From Gonapodya sp. JEL0774 (lineage: Eukaryota), in contig JADIIX010000024.1 of the NCBI GenBank assembly GCA_027604505.1, positions 62,001 through 126,000 of the forward strand: 64,000 nucleotides of DNA, written 5' to 3'. How positions within the stretch are numbered: position 1 is the first letter of the stretch; each line of letters starts with the position of its first letter. Below, in pieces: positions 13,546 to 26,109 of the stretch. The translations under genes and the position numbers were made by a program. The notes below the pieces were generated by a model. The model was not told the DNA's origin and did no database searches. It saw only the letters and a program-made list of their open reading frames with translations.

Positions 13546-15757
13546 ATGCCCACCACGGACACCCTTGGACTACAAAACTCATCCGAGCTCTTACCCCATA
13601 CGGACAGTGCCGTCAAGCCCGAGTCCTTGTCCGTCCCCGGCGACGGCGACAGCACCTACGCTGCGAAACCAGTCGAGACCGCATGGACGATCCTGCGAGT
13701 GAAACGAAAACGGGACGAGCTTCCACTAGATGCGTTGCGTGAGTGAATGCCAGGGACCGTCTCTTGGCTGTATTCTCCGCGTGTCGTGAAGGCTGGTGTT
13801 GCCAACTGCATGTCGGTCATTGTTCCTTGCACGATTCCTCTTCCCCCGACACCCCTAAAGTATTCGACGCGGATAAGCTCGACGGAGATCGCCGGAAACG
13901 TGCTGCGACGAGCCACGCAGACCGTGTGGTTTCCCCCATCGTCAAGGATGCGCCCTCCCCTGGTCACTCCTCGCGCCAGCTCTTCCGCCTCGCCGAAACC
14001 CTTCCTTCTTCCCACCCGCTGCTCCTCCCCTCCGCAACGCTGGCACTCCAGGACCGCCTCAAGGCTAGTCTCCGTCGGACATCCGCTGCCGGTGACTTGT
14101 CTTCTGCACCCCCCCCCACCCCTTCCTGCTCGGACGCACCGTCTCGGTCAGCCCGAGGGGTGTTGTCCGGCCAACACCACTCTGCGCAGGAACTCCGTGA
14201 ATCCCGCGTGCAGAAAAACATGGTCACGGCCAAAAACGGCGCGAAGGAGGCCCGGTACCGCGCCGTGCGACGCAACCGCGTCATTCGGCCCGAGGACGTG
14301 GACACGCTCGACGACCACGACGGGGATGATGCGGGATCGCGAGTCTCGGCTCCTATCTCGCGCTTCGTGGACGTGTTTGATGTCGTGAAAGTGGCCACAG
14401 GGACAGGTGAGCAGGGAAGGCCAAGAGGCCTGTGTGATCTGTTTGTGTGCGTTGGACAACGGGCGTGATGATCTCCTATTGGCTGGAAATGATACAGGGT
14501 TGCTAGGGGGAGATGTCCAGGTCGCATTGGAAAATGCCAGCTTCGGAGACTGTTGCGGAACGAGTTCAATCTGCAACTCCTACTGCATCTGAGGTGCTCA
14601 TGTTTCTCTCTCTCCCCACTCCCCGAAGATACTGCTTCTACCTCTCAGAGCTCCTCGTCTGCAACCCCAAGCTCTTCCGCCCCTACTCAGAGTGCCTCCA
14701 CTTCCGCCCCCATCACGCATGACGCCTCTTCATCCTCAGCCTCCCCCAGCAAACTCCCCGCCCCCCCGCGCCACACCGACAACATGGACGTCTACGAGGC
14801 GATGGTTGCTCACCACATGGCAAGCCTCTCCCTCTCCGACTCGCCTCCCGCATCCCCGGCTCCATCTACCCTTGTAAAATCCGCCCCTGCCCAGGACGCA
14901 GTGGAAGAATTCCCCTCGTGGGGAGATCGGGCCCCACCCAAGATCTACCGGGCACGGGACTTACCCAATGGCGGGAGGGGCATGGCAAGGACCTTGGCTG
15001 CTCACACCTCGACGCAGGCGCATCATCGGAATACACCGATCGCCCCCGCTGCGGGTACGACGACGAGAGCTGCAGAAGCGATGGCCGACGAGGATGAGTA
15101 CGTCGTGGATATCTACTTTATCGCAACGGGGCAATCAGCTGGTGCGGTTGCGGCAGTTCCGGAGGGCGCGTGGGCGGAAGTGTGAGTAGGAAAGGCGGGG
15201 GGGGGGGGGGATTGGTGTCGTGTTTAGGACGTTTTGGTATGGGGACGGTGTGTCGGGGCCTGGTGGAGCGGGAGCCCTCTGACGCATTTTCCGATTCTTG
15301 TGTTGCAGCACTTGGGCCGAGGATGGTGAGTTTGACGATACAGACTCAGATGCCGAATTAGCGGATGATGATGAGGATTCAAACGGTGAGGAAAAGTCTG
15401 TTGGGTTGTTGCTTAGCCTCCAGTCCATTAACATCAAACATTCTTGCGTGTTCATTTCACCAACGGTTCTCTGGCTCACCATTAGCGGAATCCTACTACG
15501 CCAACTCCTATCCGGACGAGGACGCGTACCCCTCTTCTGTTGACGGCATGGATGACGGTAACGCCGTCGACGACGATAGTGTTGTTGGGGATCCGGAGGA
15601 GGAAGAGGAGTACTTGAAGGGGGTGCGGAGAGTTGGGAGGTCTTTACGTTTAAAGAGGCACGGTCATGGGGATGACGAGAGGGAATCTGGGGAGGAGGAC
15701 GATGAGGAGGATGCGGTGAGTAGTGATGAGGAAGATGATGATAGCGAGGACTGGTGA
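13546..15757 (+). CDS. IWR1: Iwr1/SLC7A6OS-family RNA polymerase II nuclear import factor
   Basis: N-terminal ILRVKRKRDELPLDAL, central DEYVVDIYF, DEDSN|AESYYANSYPDED motif, acidic tail. Confidence 0.8.
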
Positions 15758-16260
15758 GGAAAAGGGAGTTGGGAGTGCTACTGGGAAGTGGTACAGACCG
15801 TGTCAAATCGCCGGATCACACAAACGTTACAACGATCGTCTCTTCACGAAAATGAACTGCACGATGTTTACATCAACCAAGATATGTGATAGAAATTACT
15901 TTGTCCAAATATCTCTACTGTACATTCAATAATACACCCGTGTCTGAACACCATATATATGCTCTCCCCGTTGTTGTTCAGGTCTGAAGACTCGAGGGAG
16001 TGTACGGCCGATGTGATTCTCAAAGCGACCACTTACACGAACCAACCTATCAATAATGCATCCACTACTCAATTACTTTGCAATGTGCTTCTGGTTCAAA
16101 CTTTTCAGACCTGAAAATAATTTAGATTTGCCCAGGGAGAGCATCCCGGATTGTAGCTATTGACATAGACACGAATAGGATACATCGTTATATTCCAAGA
16201 AGAGCACAATATTGATTCAGAACGAGCATGTTGACGGGTGGCAGTATCTAGCTATTGTTC

Positions 16261-16800
16261 TAGTATAAAGGTCAAGTTCATAAAGAGCTAAAAGGTGCGT
16301 CATTTCTGGGATCATAGAAGAGAAGAAAATGTCAGAACAAGTTGTAGAAAGTAATATCAGATTATAGATGTTACAGAGTCTAGTCACTGTAGTTGCTGTA
16401 ATTTGGGCCGGTTTGAGCCAAAACAGAAGAGGAACTTTACATCACTCCATGCACCCCTCCAAGGGTCCCTAGAGCAATTTGGTGGCACTTCTACCCCACA
16501 GTAGTGCACACAATTATACTTTTGTTTTTGGATTTAGGTGTGAGGTCCTGATGCTTGGGGTGGATTGTGCACTTGATTGTGAGGGCGTCTTTTCATCAGA
16601 AAACTTTTGTGACAACTGCTGTCCTCACAAACCTCAACGGCTTACCTGAAGCATTCAAATCACAAAACCATGCACTTCTCCCAGCCTGTAGTTTTGTGAT
16701 TACCAGCTCAACCTTAACCTTGTACTGTGCACTCTTGAGACCACACATATCTTGATTCATTTCTCACAGGGTTACGGATTCAATCAAGAATGAACACCTT
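16261..16800. other. CpG-depleted intergenic tract (possible decayed repeat)
   Basis: I count 4 CpG in 16321-16800, far fewer than in the flanking genes. No credible ORF. Confidence 0.4.
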
Positions 16801-16802
16801 AC

Positions 16803-19800
16803 TTATCGGTGTGCATCCTCCAACCGCTTGAATAACTCCGCAACTTCTTCACTACCCATCTCCCCCAAACTCTCACCATCTCTCCCTCTCACGCTCACTG
16901 TAGCCCTCTCTGCTTCTCTCTTCCCCACCACCAGGACAAAGTTGTACCTCCCCAATTGTGCAGATCGCACCTTCTTCCCCACCGTGGCATCCGTCCCGTC
17001 GAAGTCCACATAAAACCCTCTCCTCCGCCACGCATCTGCACCTTCTCTACCCACCCCACCCCGCTGCAACTCCTTAACCACCGCTGTTCCATGTGCCAAC
17101 ACAGCAGGGTCCATTCCCACGGTCACAACCAGTGCCTGCCTGGGACTCAACCAAAACGGCCACTTGCCCGCGTAGTGCTCGCACAGTATCGCCATCATCC
17201 TCTCAACGCTACCCAGCACTGCGCGGTGGACGATTACGGGTACCTCCTTCTCCCCGTTCTCGTCTACACACGAGAGTCCGAACCGCATGGGTAGTTGGAA
17301 ATCAAGCTGCACCGTCGCCATCTGGTGCATCCTACCCAACGCATCCGTCACGTGCACGTCGATCTTGGGACCGTAAAATGCGCCGTCGCCGGGATTGACA
17401 GTCCATGGTTTCCCTGCATTGTTCAGCGCCATTCGGAGGTCCCTCTCAGCCTCGTCCCACTGTTCTCTACTCCCCATAGACTTTGCCGGCCTGGTCGAGA
17501 GACAAAAAGAGTAAGATGTGAATCCGAGTTTGTCGTATGTAGCCGAGATTAGAGAGAGGGTCGAGGCGATCTCAGAAAGGATCTGTGACGGGCGGCAGAA
17601 GATGTGTGCGTCGTCTTGATGGAAGGAGCGGACTCTGGTGAGACCTGTTAGAGCACCGGAAGCTTCATTTCTACAAGCAATGTGTGCCAAACTGTTAGTA
17701 GACCAAACCAACGGCTGCTCCCCACTCTTTTCACGCTACCAACCTATGCAGCGGACTAAACTCAGCCAATCGGATTGGCAGTTCCCTGTAACTCCTCACC
17801 TGGTTCGCGAACACCAAGCAGTGACCAGGACAGTTCATAGGTTTGAGACCTTGTATGCCCTCACCCTCCCCATTCCCGTGCCCCCTGTGATCATGATCGT
17901 GCTCGTGGTGCCCATCGAAGTGCAAGTGATGTGCACCTCCAGTCTCTCCAGCTCCAGGTCCAAGACCCTCCCCGGCCCCTGTCACTATAAACATATCCTC
18001 CCGGTAATTCTCCCAGTGTCCGCTAGTCTCCCAAACTTCCTTGCCAAACACCAAGGGTGTCACCACTTCCTCATAGCCTCCTTTTTCGTACTCCTGCCTC
18101 ATCATCTCCTTCAGCTTGTTCACCACGCGAACTCCGCGAGGGAGCATGAATGGAATACCGGGGGACGATTTATGAAACATGAATAGTTCTTGCTGCTTCC
18201 CAATTACCCTATGATCCCTATCTTTCGCCTGCTGCACGAACGCTGCCCTCGCCGCTGCATGCGTAGGGTCGGCAAAGGATATTCCCGCGACCCGCGTGAT
18301 GGGCTGATTCGCGACCATGGAGATATCAGATGGTGGGTGATGCGAGTCGGCCAGGGCAGGTTCCCACCGCGCCGAAGAGACCGTCTCAAGCGCCACAGCG
18401 CCCTCGAACTGAGGTATTTGATCAGAACTAAGCACGTGCGGGCCTTTACAGAGATCGATGAAGTCCCCCGTTTTATAAAGTGTGACGGTATCGTTTGCTG
18501 TCGCGGTATGTGTCGCGATAAAGTGGAGCTTGAACGGATTGTACGCAAACATGCGCGCGGCGACATCGCGGGGGACTACCATTCTCTCGAAAGCATCCCC
18601 CCGCGCCACGAGCTGACGCACGACATCAAGGAGTCTGTCCATTTCTCCTGCAGATTCGCGGACAGAGTAGATGTCGGTGGTGTTTGCCCACAGCAGATCG
18701 CGGAGACGGGCGCGAATGTCGGAAGGATCCAGCCAGGATTCACCCTCGATGGAACGCTCAACTTGTTCGAGACTGGCGTGGATAGATAGCGGTAGTGTTT
18801 TCTTCAAAAGTACGCCGTACCAGAACCCGGTACCAGGGTGTACCAGCGACTGGGTGCCTACTGGTACTGCCCCACCTAGTGCAAACGCGGGCAAGGCAGG
18901 GGACCCTGCGACGAGCAATGCTTCGTCTCCGTAGACCATTTCGAGGGCAGCGCCGAGGAGGTGGGATGTAGAGTGGTGGAGGACCGAGAGGGAGACGGGA
19001 TCGGGTGGGAAGGATAACGCTGGGATTGTGATAGCGGGAGCGGTGGGGGTTGTGGTGCTGGCTTTGCTGGATTTGTTCTTTCCTTTTGACATCGCCGCCG
19101 CCGTCACTGTTCCCGCTGTTCCCGCCGTTCCCGATCCCGTTGACGTCATATCAGTCGGTATCCTCGCTAGGATTTGCTTGCCTTGTTCAGCCTTCTTCTC
19201 TTCTCCTTCCAGCACAGGTCTGCCCCTCAATTCCAACACGCCCTGTTCGACAATAGGCTGCTGCAGGCATACGGGGTTGTTGTTGAAGAGGGCGATGTAT
19301 GGATCAATAGGGGGGAAGAGTGTCGGATGAACTTTGTGGTGAAGGGGGTGGATTGGAGAGTAAAAGTGTGTGCGGGGAAGTCAAAGTTGAAGAGAGTGGG
19401 TGGAATGGAAGGTGATGGAAGCACCACAACGCGCCGGAGTGGTGTAAGGATTGATGAATGTGAGAAAAGGATGAGGTGGTGTGAAGGCGGTAGGGTGCAG
19501 GTGGGATACACACAAACATGATCTATAGCGCGCAACTTTTGGGATGAAAGTTGCCATTGTGCGTAGGCCTGGCCTTGGTACTTGGGCACGCACTCCATAT
19601 TCGATGCCCTCTCTCTTCGTCGGAACATTGCAAACCAACTCCCTACTCACGCTGCCAAATCTCCCTCGCGGATAAGCCTGCAGGAACCGTCCTGACTTGG
19701 CCCGAAGGTAAGAAGTGCAGGTCAATGTTTCCCATTGCGGGCCGGGATTGGCGGTGGCCGACGGGGTCGTGCTGTCTCCCGTGTTCGAGGTGCCATGTGC

Positions 19801-20142
19801 GGAGGCGATGGGCACGGTAGAACGAGGGAGAGACTTTTGGACGGAATATGGTTGGAGTATGAGGTGGAGAATTTTGGCAGTGGAATTGAAATGTGCACAA
19901 AGAGAAAGATGAGTCCGTTGTTGTCGAATCGACAGAATCGGCAGAGAGAGTAAACAAGAAAATGGGCCACTTTAGAAAGAAAAGTGTGACAATCGGCGGA
20001 AAATCGACTCTCGTTCACCTTTGGACAGACTTCGCTTCGAAATCGACGACGCAGACACGGACACTTGGCATCCCACTCGCGCTCCACGGAGTGGGCTCGC
20101 CACACCCCATTCTCGCCACGCTCCAGCGACCGTGGCGCGCAT
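16803..20142 (-). CDS. Threonyl-tRNA synthetase, probably mitochondrial, with TGS and editing domains
   Basis: Presequence-like exon MRATVAGAWRE...KRSLSK; TGS-like exons; HHSTSHLLG and DLCKGPH (editing); RDHRVIG, KPMNCPGHC, HR|NEASGALTGLTRVRSFHQDDAHIFC, GDGAFYGPKID, QLDFQLP, HRAVLGSVER, GKWPFWLSPRQ. Confidence 0.95.
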
Positions 20143-20490
20143 CGTTCCGGCGCCTCGACGGGGGATGGATGGGAATAAATCCGTCTGGGTGTGCACTTCT
20201 GTTCGGCCTGCTGTTGCGTGGCCAGTCACAACATGGTCATGCCTGGTGCACTGTTGCGTTACACGTATTATTTGATGACTACAACACACTGCATTCCTAC
20301 TGAGCTCCATATTGTACGCAGCTGGAAACCACATCAATCAAGGAAGATCGCTTGGGTCCAACATCCCTCATCTTTGACAGACGGTGTTGGAGGCGTTCTG
20401 ATAAACAACACACGGTCAAAACGGGACGCGGCAATCGAGAATTGTGATGAGATTAGCAAGTGTACAATGCAATGCACGTCAAGGGATCCG

Positions 20491-20907
20491 TCACTTGTAC
20501 ACCTTGAGGTCCTCCTTGCCATCCATCGCGTTTCCCGAGCCGCTCAAGAGAGTTGCTTTGCCACACACATCACACGTTGATCGAGACCTCCAGTTTGAAT
20601 CGAGAATCAAATTGATCAAAGTTAAGTTCGCGTTATTTGGATCCCATGAAAAGTAATCTCCAAATTTGCAAGTTCCGCCGCCACCAGAATTTATATTACA
20701 TCCAGGACCAGGAGTTCCCCAAGAATCCTGATCAATGAAAGGGAAAACTCCTTGGAAATTGGTGATGAACAGACCCTCGAATCGTACGACTTTCCAAGAG
20801 TTGGGCCCCCTGCCAGTGTCGTTTCGGAGATTAAATGCAGCAGCGGAAGTTCCCGAGGTGGCCATAGAAGCAAGCAAAGTGACAAGAAGAATATGGTGGA
20901 GAAGCAT
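20491..20907 (-). CDS. Small intronless secreted protein (138 aa, 4 Cys), function unknown
   Basis: Signal-peptide-like MLLHHILLVTLLASMATSGTSA, followed by a non-repetitive Gly/Asn/aromatic-rich domain. Confidence 0.6.
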   Translation of the reverse strand: MLLHHILLVTLLASMATSGTSAAAFNLRNDTGRGPNSWKVVRFEGLFITNFQGVFPFIDQDSWGTPGPGCNINSGGGGTCKFGDYFSWDPNNANLTLINLILDSNWRSRSTCDVCGKATLLSGSGNAMDGKEDLKVYK

Positions 20908-21667
20908 CGAGATGGAATTGGGTTCAGGAGAAGGAGCTGGATGGGATAAACACCGAACCCGACTGCACGAAAATAAACAGTCACCAGAGAACGCGTCGAT
21001 CACCTGAAAATAAATCGGCACGAAATGATCGAATCAGGGTAGGGAACTGAATCTGGTATTCTGGGTGGGATGGCTTCTTTCAAGTCACCATTTGTTATAT
21101 GGAGATCTGCTTGTGGACTCCCGCGTCCTTCCCGCCATGAAATATTAGAGTTGTCTTCCCGCCAACAAAGGCGTTGTACATACTTGATCAAACCTCTGGA
21201 CATTGAACCAATTGAGCGGGGACATATTTATCAAGATAGAGAGGCATTTCCGCTTAAAGCGTCCTGGATATATACGTAATTTACGCTTTCTGCATGAACT
21301 GACGCTTGGGAAGACAGACGGAGAGCATATCTTTCGATCGCTTGAAAAACGGAAAGGTACTGTTTGTGCAACACCCTCGCATCAAATTTTGTTCGTGGAG
21401 GTGTGTTTCCGAATCAATTGTGGTTGGTACGTACTATGAAAAATAGCATATGTTGAAGGCGTGCAAACCAATTTCAGGCTTCTCAGCCTAAGTGGATATG
21501 GCGCGTCCCTTGGAACCCATGGTAGTGTCGCGTTCATGATCTTCTTTCGATGATGAAAGAGTGGTCAGGATGACTGTGACACAACCACAATGCTAGTATG
21601 CATTTAGTTTTCTATCTACGGAGCGCTGGCTTCGAAACAGCCTGCAACTGCAAGTGCCGCTTGTACA

Positions 21668-24287
21668 TCAGTTCCTTCGTATCCTTTTCGGCCGCACTGC
21701 GACAGAAGTTTTCTCCACCTCCAGATCAACGAGAGAACTTCCAACACTCCCCACTTTCTTCACACTATCCATTTTCTTCTTCCCAGTCTCCAAACGGGAA
21801 ACAATAGCGAGGACTTGTTCCAATCGCGCCTCGATTCGAGATATTTGTCTGTCATATTCCATACCTGATACTCTGTAACTCGTCGGGGTTTGAATCTGAG
21901 AAGCTGGGTGATAAAAACCTGCAGCAAACGCTGTGACCCAGATAGACATTGATAGTCCCAAAGCGATTGGGAGAGACGAAACAACTTGAAGCAATGACTG
22001 TGTTGTTGCAACTCGAACAAGCACCGCAATTGCAAACGCTAGATTCAGCAAGAATAATCAAATGGTGATTAGGTTAAGTGAGAAGTGCACGAGCGAACAG
22101 GTTGGCCAAACTCACAAAACATAGCCCATCGCAAAGCCCTGGCAGCGGCGGCATTGATGGCTGCGAATGAGAAACCAATCACTGCGACAAAGCAGAGTAT
22201 TTGGTATGGTATTGTCCAGATCTGGCCTTCATTGAGTTTCAATATCAACCCTGAGATTGATCGCAGTTCAGCGCAAACGAACCCGAATTCCATCCCACCA
22301 TCCGAGACATCCATTCCAATGCTCTCTCACCCTGTTCTCTCTCTTGCCTCGCTTCCCGTGCCGCTGATAGTAAGTGCTCAACCTCTGTAGTTGTTTCGCG
22401 ACGCAAAGCCGCAAGATCTAATTCCGCTTGGGAGAATATGGTCGCCCAGCGGGTTGACAGGGAAAGATGATGAGCCTGTCGTTAAAGTGAAATTGTGTCT
22501 CGCTGTGAGGGAACCCACGACTACAGGAGTTGATCCGGGAGAACTCACTTCCAGAACCTCCATGTCCAACTTTAGGTGTTGTTGGGCATCGATCTGCGCT
22601 TCAACCAAACTATTAAGCTCAGCCAGGTGCGCGAGCTGGGTTTCATGTGATGATCGACCCAACTCCTATAGACAAACGAGAATGTGAGCGTGGAAACTGA
22701 ATTAAGGACCCTGACGTGGAGAAGCCAGAAAGACTACTCGCCAGAATGTTTTCTAGTACTTCCGAATGCTCTTTTGCCAGTGATCCCAGACGATTGTTTA
22801 TGTCGGTCGCACGGGCATCCAAGTTTGCAAATTTCTAGATCATCCTCATTTTAGAGACGTCGAACGACCGCCATTAAGTATTTAATTCTTACCTCGATAG
22901 CGAGACTAGCGCTCCTCTCTGCCTCTCGTGCGTGCTTCTCCGCGGCACTTGCCATCTCCTCGATCGCTGCTCTTGCCCGTTCCTGTGACTCAGCGACAGC
23001 TCGCAAAGTAGAATCAACGGATATTACTTGAGAAGAAACACGACCGAGGAACTTTGTTGGATTGACATAACAAATGGTTACGAAAGGCTGAAGGTGCCAC
23101 ATTAGACCGCGCCAGTTCATTTACATGGAGTGACTCTGAGAAACCGTCGCGCACTGCGACATGAGCTGCCACTGTTTCAGATTTTACTTCAAGAACAAGT
23201 CTCTGAGTAGTGGCCTGTTGCAGCACAGAGGTCTCGGTAATAGTTCGTTTCAACATTAACGGCGCAACCGACAGACCTGGACTTCCGCCAGTCCCCCAAC
23301 CGTCCGTGACAGTTCAGATCCTGCACGCTCCACAATTTGTCGGAGCTTACTGTGGTGTGCAGAAAGCAAAGCATGGTTTGCGAGGTTGAGGTGGGAGATG
23401 TTGCTGTATAGTTGAGCAAGAAGCTGGCGCTCAGCTGGGTGACGGAGGGCAGCACAACTGGAACAATTGATGCGGCTGAGCTTAGAAATTGTGGGATATG
23501 GAGAAAGTTCTCACATCTGGATGACGTCTCGAAGATAGCTGGAACAGAACAGAATGAACGTCAAAGATGTTTCGGACGGGCGCAACTAGACATTTTTCCA
23601 TTCGCTCACCCACTATACGACGTCCAGAGCTGCGGAGTTCTTGACAAGGCCTGTACGCAGCCTTTACTTTGCGGTGATGTGGGATTGTTGCCAATTTTTG
23701 TTGCATCCACACATTCCAAAGGAAGTTGAACACCAGCAGTAGACATTTCGCAGGCAGTAAAAGCGACAGCAACTACCAATAATCACAATAATTGATAAAT
23801 CAAATCAGAAAGGCAAATCTGAACTTACTCGCCACGTTAGCCTCCTTTGTGTGGAATAATTTCCGTCTTTGATGAGAACAAAGACCTCGAGCAGACTATA
23901 GGCGGCGACCACCGGGGTCTCACTCACCTGGTTGTGTCCATCGACTGACTTTTGACACTGATCTCTCATTGCTAATGCGACTTTTTGAAAACACCCGTCA
24001 TCGTTCTGTATCTCAATGGCCTGCAAGCGAGAAACAACCCTTTCCACTCGAGCAGTGTCTTCTGCAGTGTCCCCTGCGACAAAAGAAGTCGGAACATCAA
24101 GATCGGAGATTGAAATTGTTGATGGTTGCACATTATCATGGCTGGGACCTTGGTTCACGAGTTTTGACCCAAACCAACCCGCAGCACTGGAGGACTGAAT
24201 CGAGAATGTGAATGCGACAATGAAAGCTGCTGGCATCAGGCTCCCACGGCCTCGAGAGTATCGTGCGGTGAAATGCGCTTTCGGCAT
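21668..24287 (-). CDS. KAR5: KAR5/Tht1/GEX1/Brambleberry-family nuclear membrane fusion protein
   Basis: Signal peptide followed by GWFG. Cys-rich domain GCFQKVALAMRDQC...AVAFTACEMSTAGVQLPLEC...CVQALSRTPQLWTSYSG, then coiled coils and C-terminal TM segments. Start may be 24287 or 24236. Confidence 0.8.
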
Positions 24288-24409
24288 CTTGGCGTGGGGT
24301 TTTGGTTTCACACAGGTTGACGTCAACTCACTTGACTCGACTGCTTTGGTGAGTGCGTGTGCTGGGTGCCCCATTACAGACAATCAACCCAACAAATTTC
24401 TGCACCAAA

Positions 24410-25934
24410 ATGGCGATTTTTCATCCAACTCGTGGTGGAACCCGTGGAGGCCAAGACCAGTTTAAATGGGAGGATGTGAAAGTGAGCTCACACCAGGAAG
24501 GACACGAATGACTATGATTGGCGCTCATTAACTTGATGCTGTTCCATTTTGAACGCACCAGGACGATAAGCACCGCGAAAACTACCTCGGACACTCCCTC
24601 CTTGCTCCCGTTGGCCGATGGCAAAGAAATAGAGGTACGTCTTCCATCAGCATTTCTTCCTCTTTGCTAGTGTACTAAACGCAACCGTTCCCCATCCCGA
24701 CTCTTGCCCACATCTCTCACTAATCTATCATCATCATCGGGATGTATTTAAAAGACCTAACATGGTACGCTAAGGAAGAGTCGGCAAAGTCGGTGGTTAC
24801 CCGTGCTCAGATTGAGGCCGACGAACTGCGCAAGTTCAAAGAGGCGGAGGCGGAAGCGCTGGCAGAGGCTCTGTATGTTTTCGGATATTAGCTCGGTTCT
24901 CATTCGCGTTCTGGATCACTCCATCTGTCCCATAGTGGCTATAAAGGCCCCAAGAAGCATCTTGACCCAACCCGCGTAGCCAACATCTCAAAATCCGAGA
25001 TGGATAAGCTTGTAAAAGCAGAAGGAGAAGCAGACCCCATGGACGCAGAGATGGTTAAGCAGTCGGAAGCAACGAAAGTAAAGGGCATTGGATTCGGACG
25101 GTGAGCTCTCCATCACCATCCAGTGCCGCGACGTGTCTTTGAGTTTGTATCCGTGGAACCATTACCAGACTTCGAAACCTCGATGTTAACCTCGGACGAC
25201 AAATTGTGGAGCATGTTCCGGGAAAGAATACAGAATCTGCAACGGAGAATTCGGGATCTGGACCAAGCGGGGACTACGTCCCTATCGCTTCGGCACGGAG
25301 TGGAGCGGGCAAGGGCAAGACTCGCACAAGATCGAGCGATGATGGCGATGATGGTTCTGACTCGGAAGCAGCCTCAGAACGGAAGAAACGAAAGAAGAAG
25401 GACAAGGAGGAGCAGAAGCAAAGGAAGAAGGAAAAGCGTGAGAAGAAGGAGAGGAAAGCCGAAAGGGGACTTTTGAAGGGAAATCGTGAGCACTCGAAGG
25501 ACAGGTTGCTCGACCGACGAGGCGACCGTCGACGGGAGTCTCCCCCCCACCAACGAAGTTCTCCAGTTCGCCGTCGGCACGATTCGGACTCAGAAGAAGA
25601 GCGCAAGAGTGCACCCGCCGACAGAAAGGACACTCACTCTAGGCGAGAGGAGAATGAAAAGAGGGATTACGTTTACGAGAGGAGGCACACAATTGATGAT
25701 CGAAAGGACCAACGGCGTGACGTTAGCGCTGATCGGGTAAACTATGAAAGGAACGATCGGACTGGAGTGCGAAGTGACCGATGGGATGACCGTCGGAGTG
25801 AACGTCGAGATCGGGATGAACGCGGGGCCCGCGGCGAGCACACCAGAGATAGACTTGGGAGAGAAGACGAGCGACACGGCAACCCACCAAAGAGATTATA
25901 TTCACCAGAACCCAGGAGATTTGAACGAAGGTAG
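24410..25934 (+). CDS. MMTAG2/C1orf35-family protein with RD/RE-rich tail
   Basis: Spliced N-terminus [55 protein letters not shown]...[11 protein letters not shown]-rich then R/D/E-rich C-terminus. Confidence 0.9.
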
Positions 25935-26109
25935 ATTAGTCACAAGATATTTGAAATATGATGTACAATGTGTGTTGGGTTCCCACAACTCAACTAAATT
26001 CGTCAGCGCCGAGATGAATCGACAACCATTGCCCCAGACTGAAACCGTCCATTCTCCAAAGTCCCTTTTTGATTCGCCTTCAGCGTCTCTGGACAAACCA
26101 AAAGCCAAG

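Noticed and set aside
15197..15210. G14 run
   Set aside because: Simple homopolymer inside an IWR1 intron.
8000..19900. Many long overlapping antisense or alternate-frame ORFs in the track
   Set aside because: Expected shadows of GC-rich, low-complexity coding exons; none has independent motifs.
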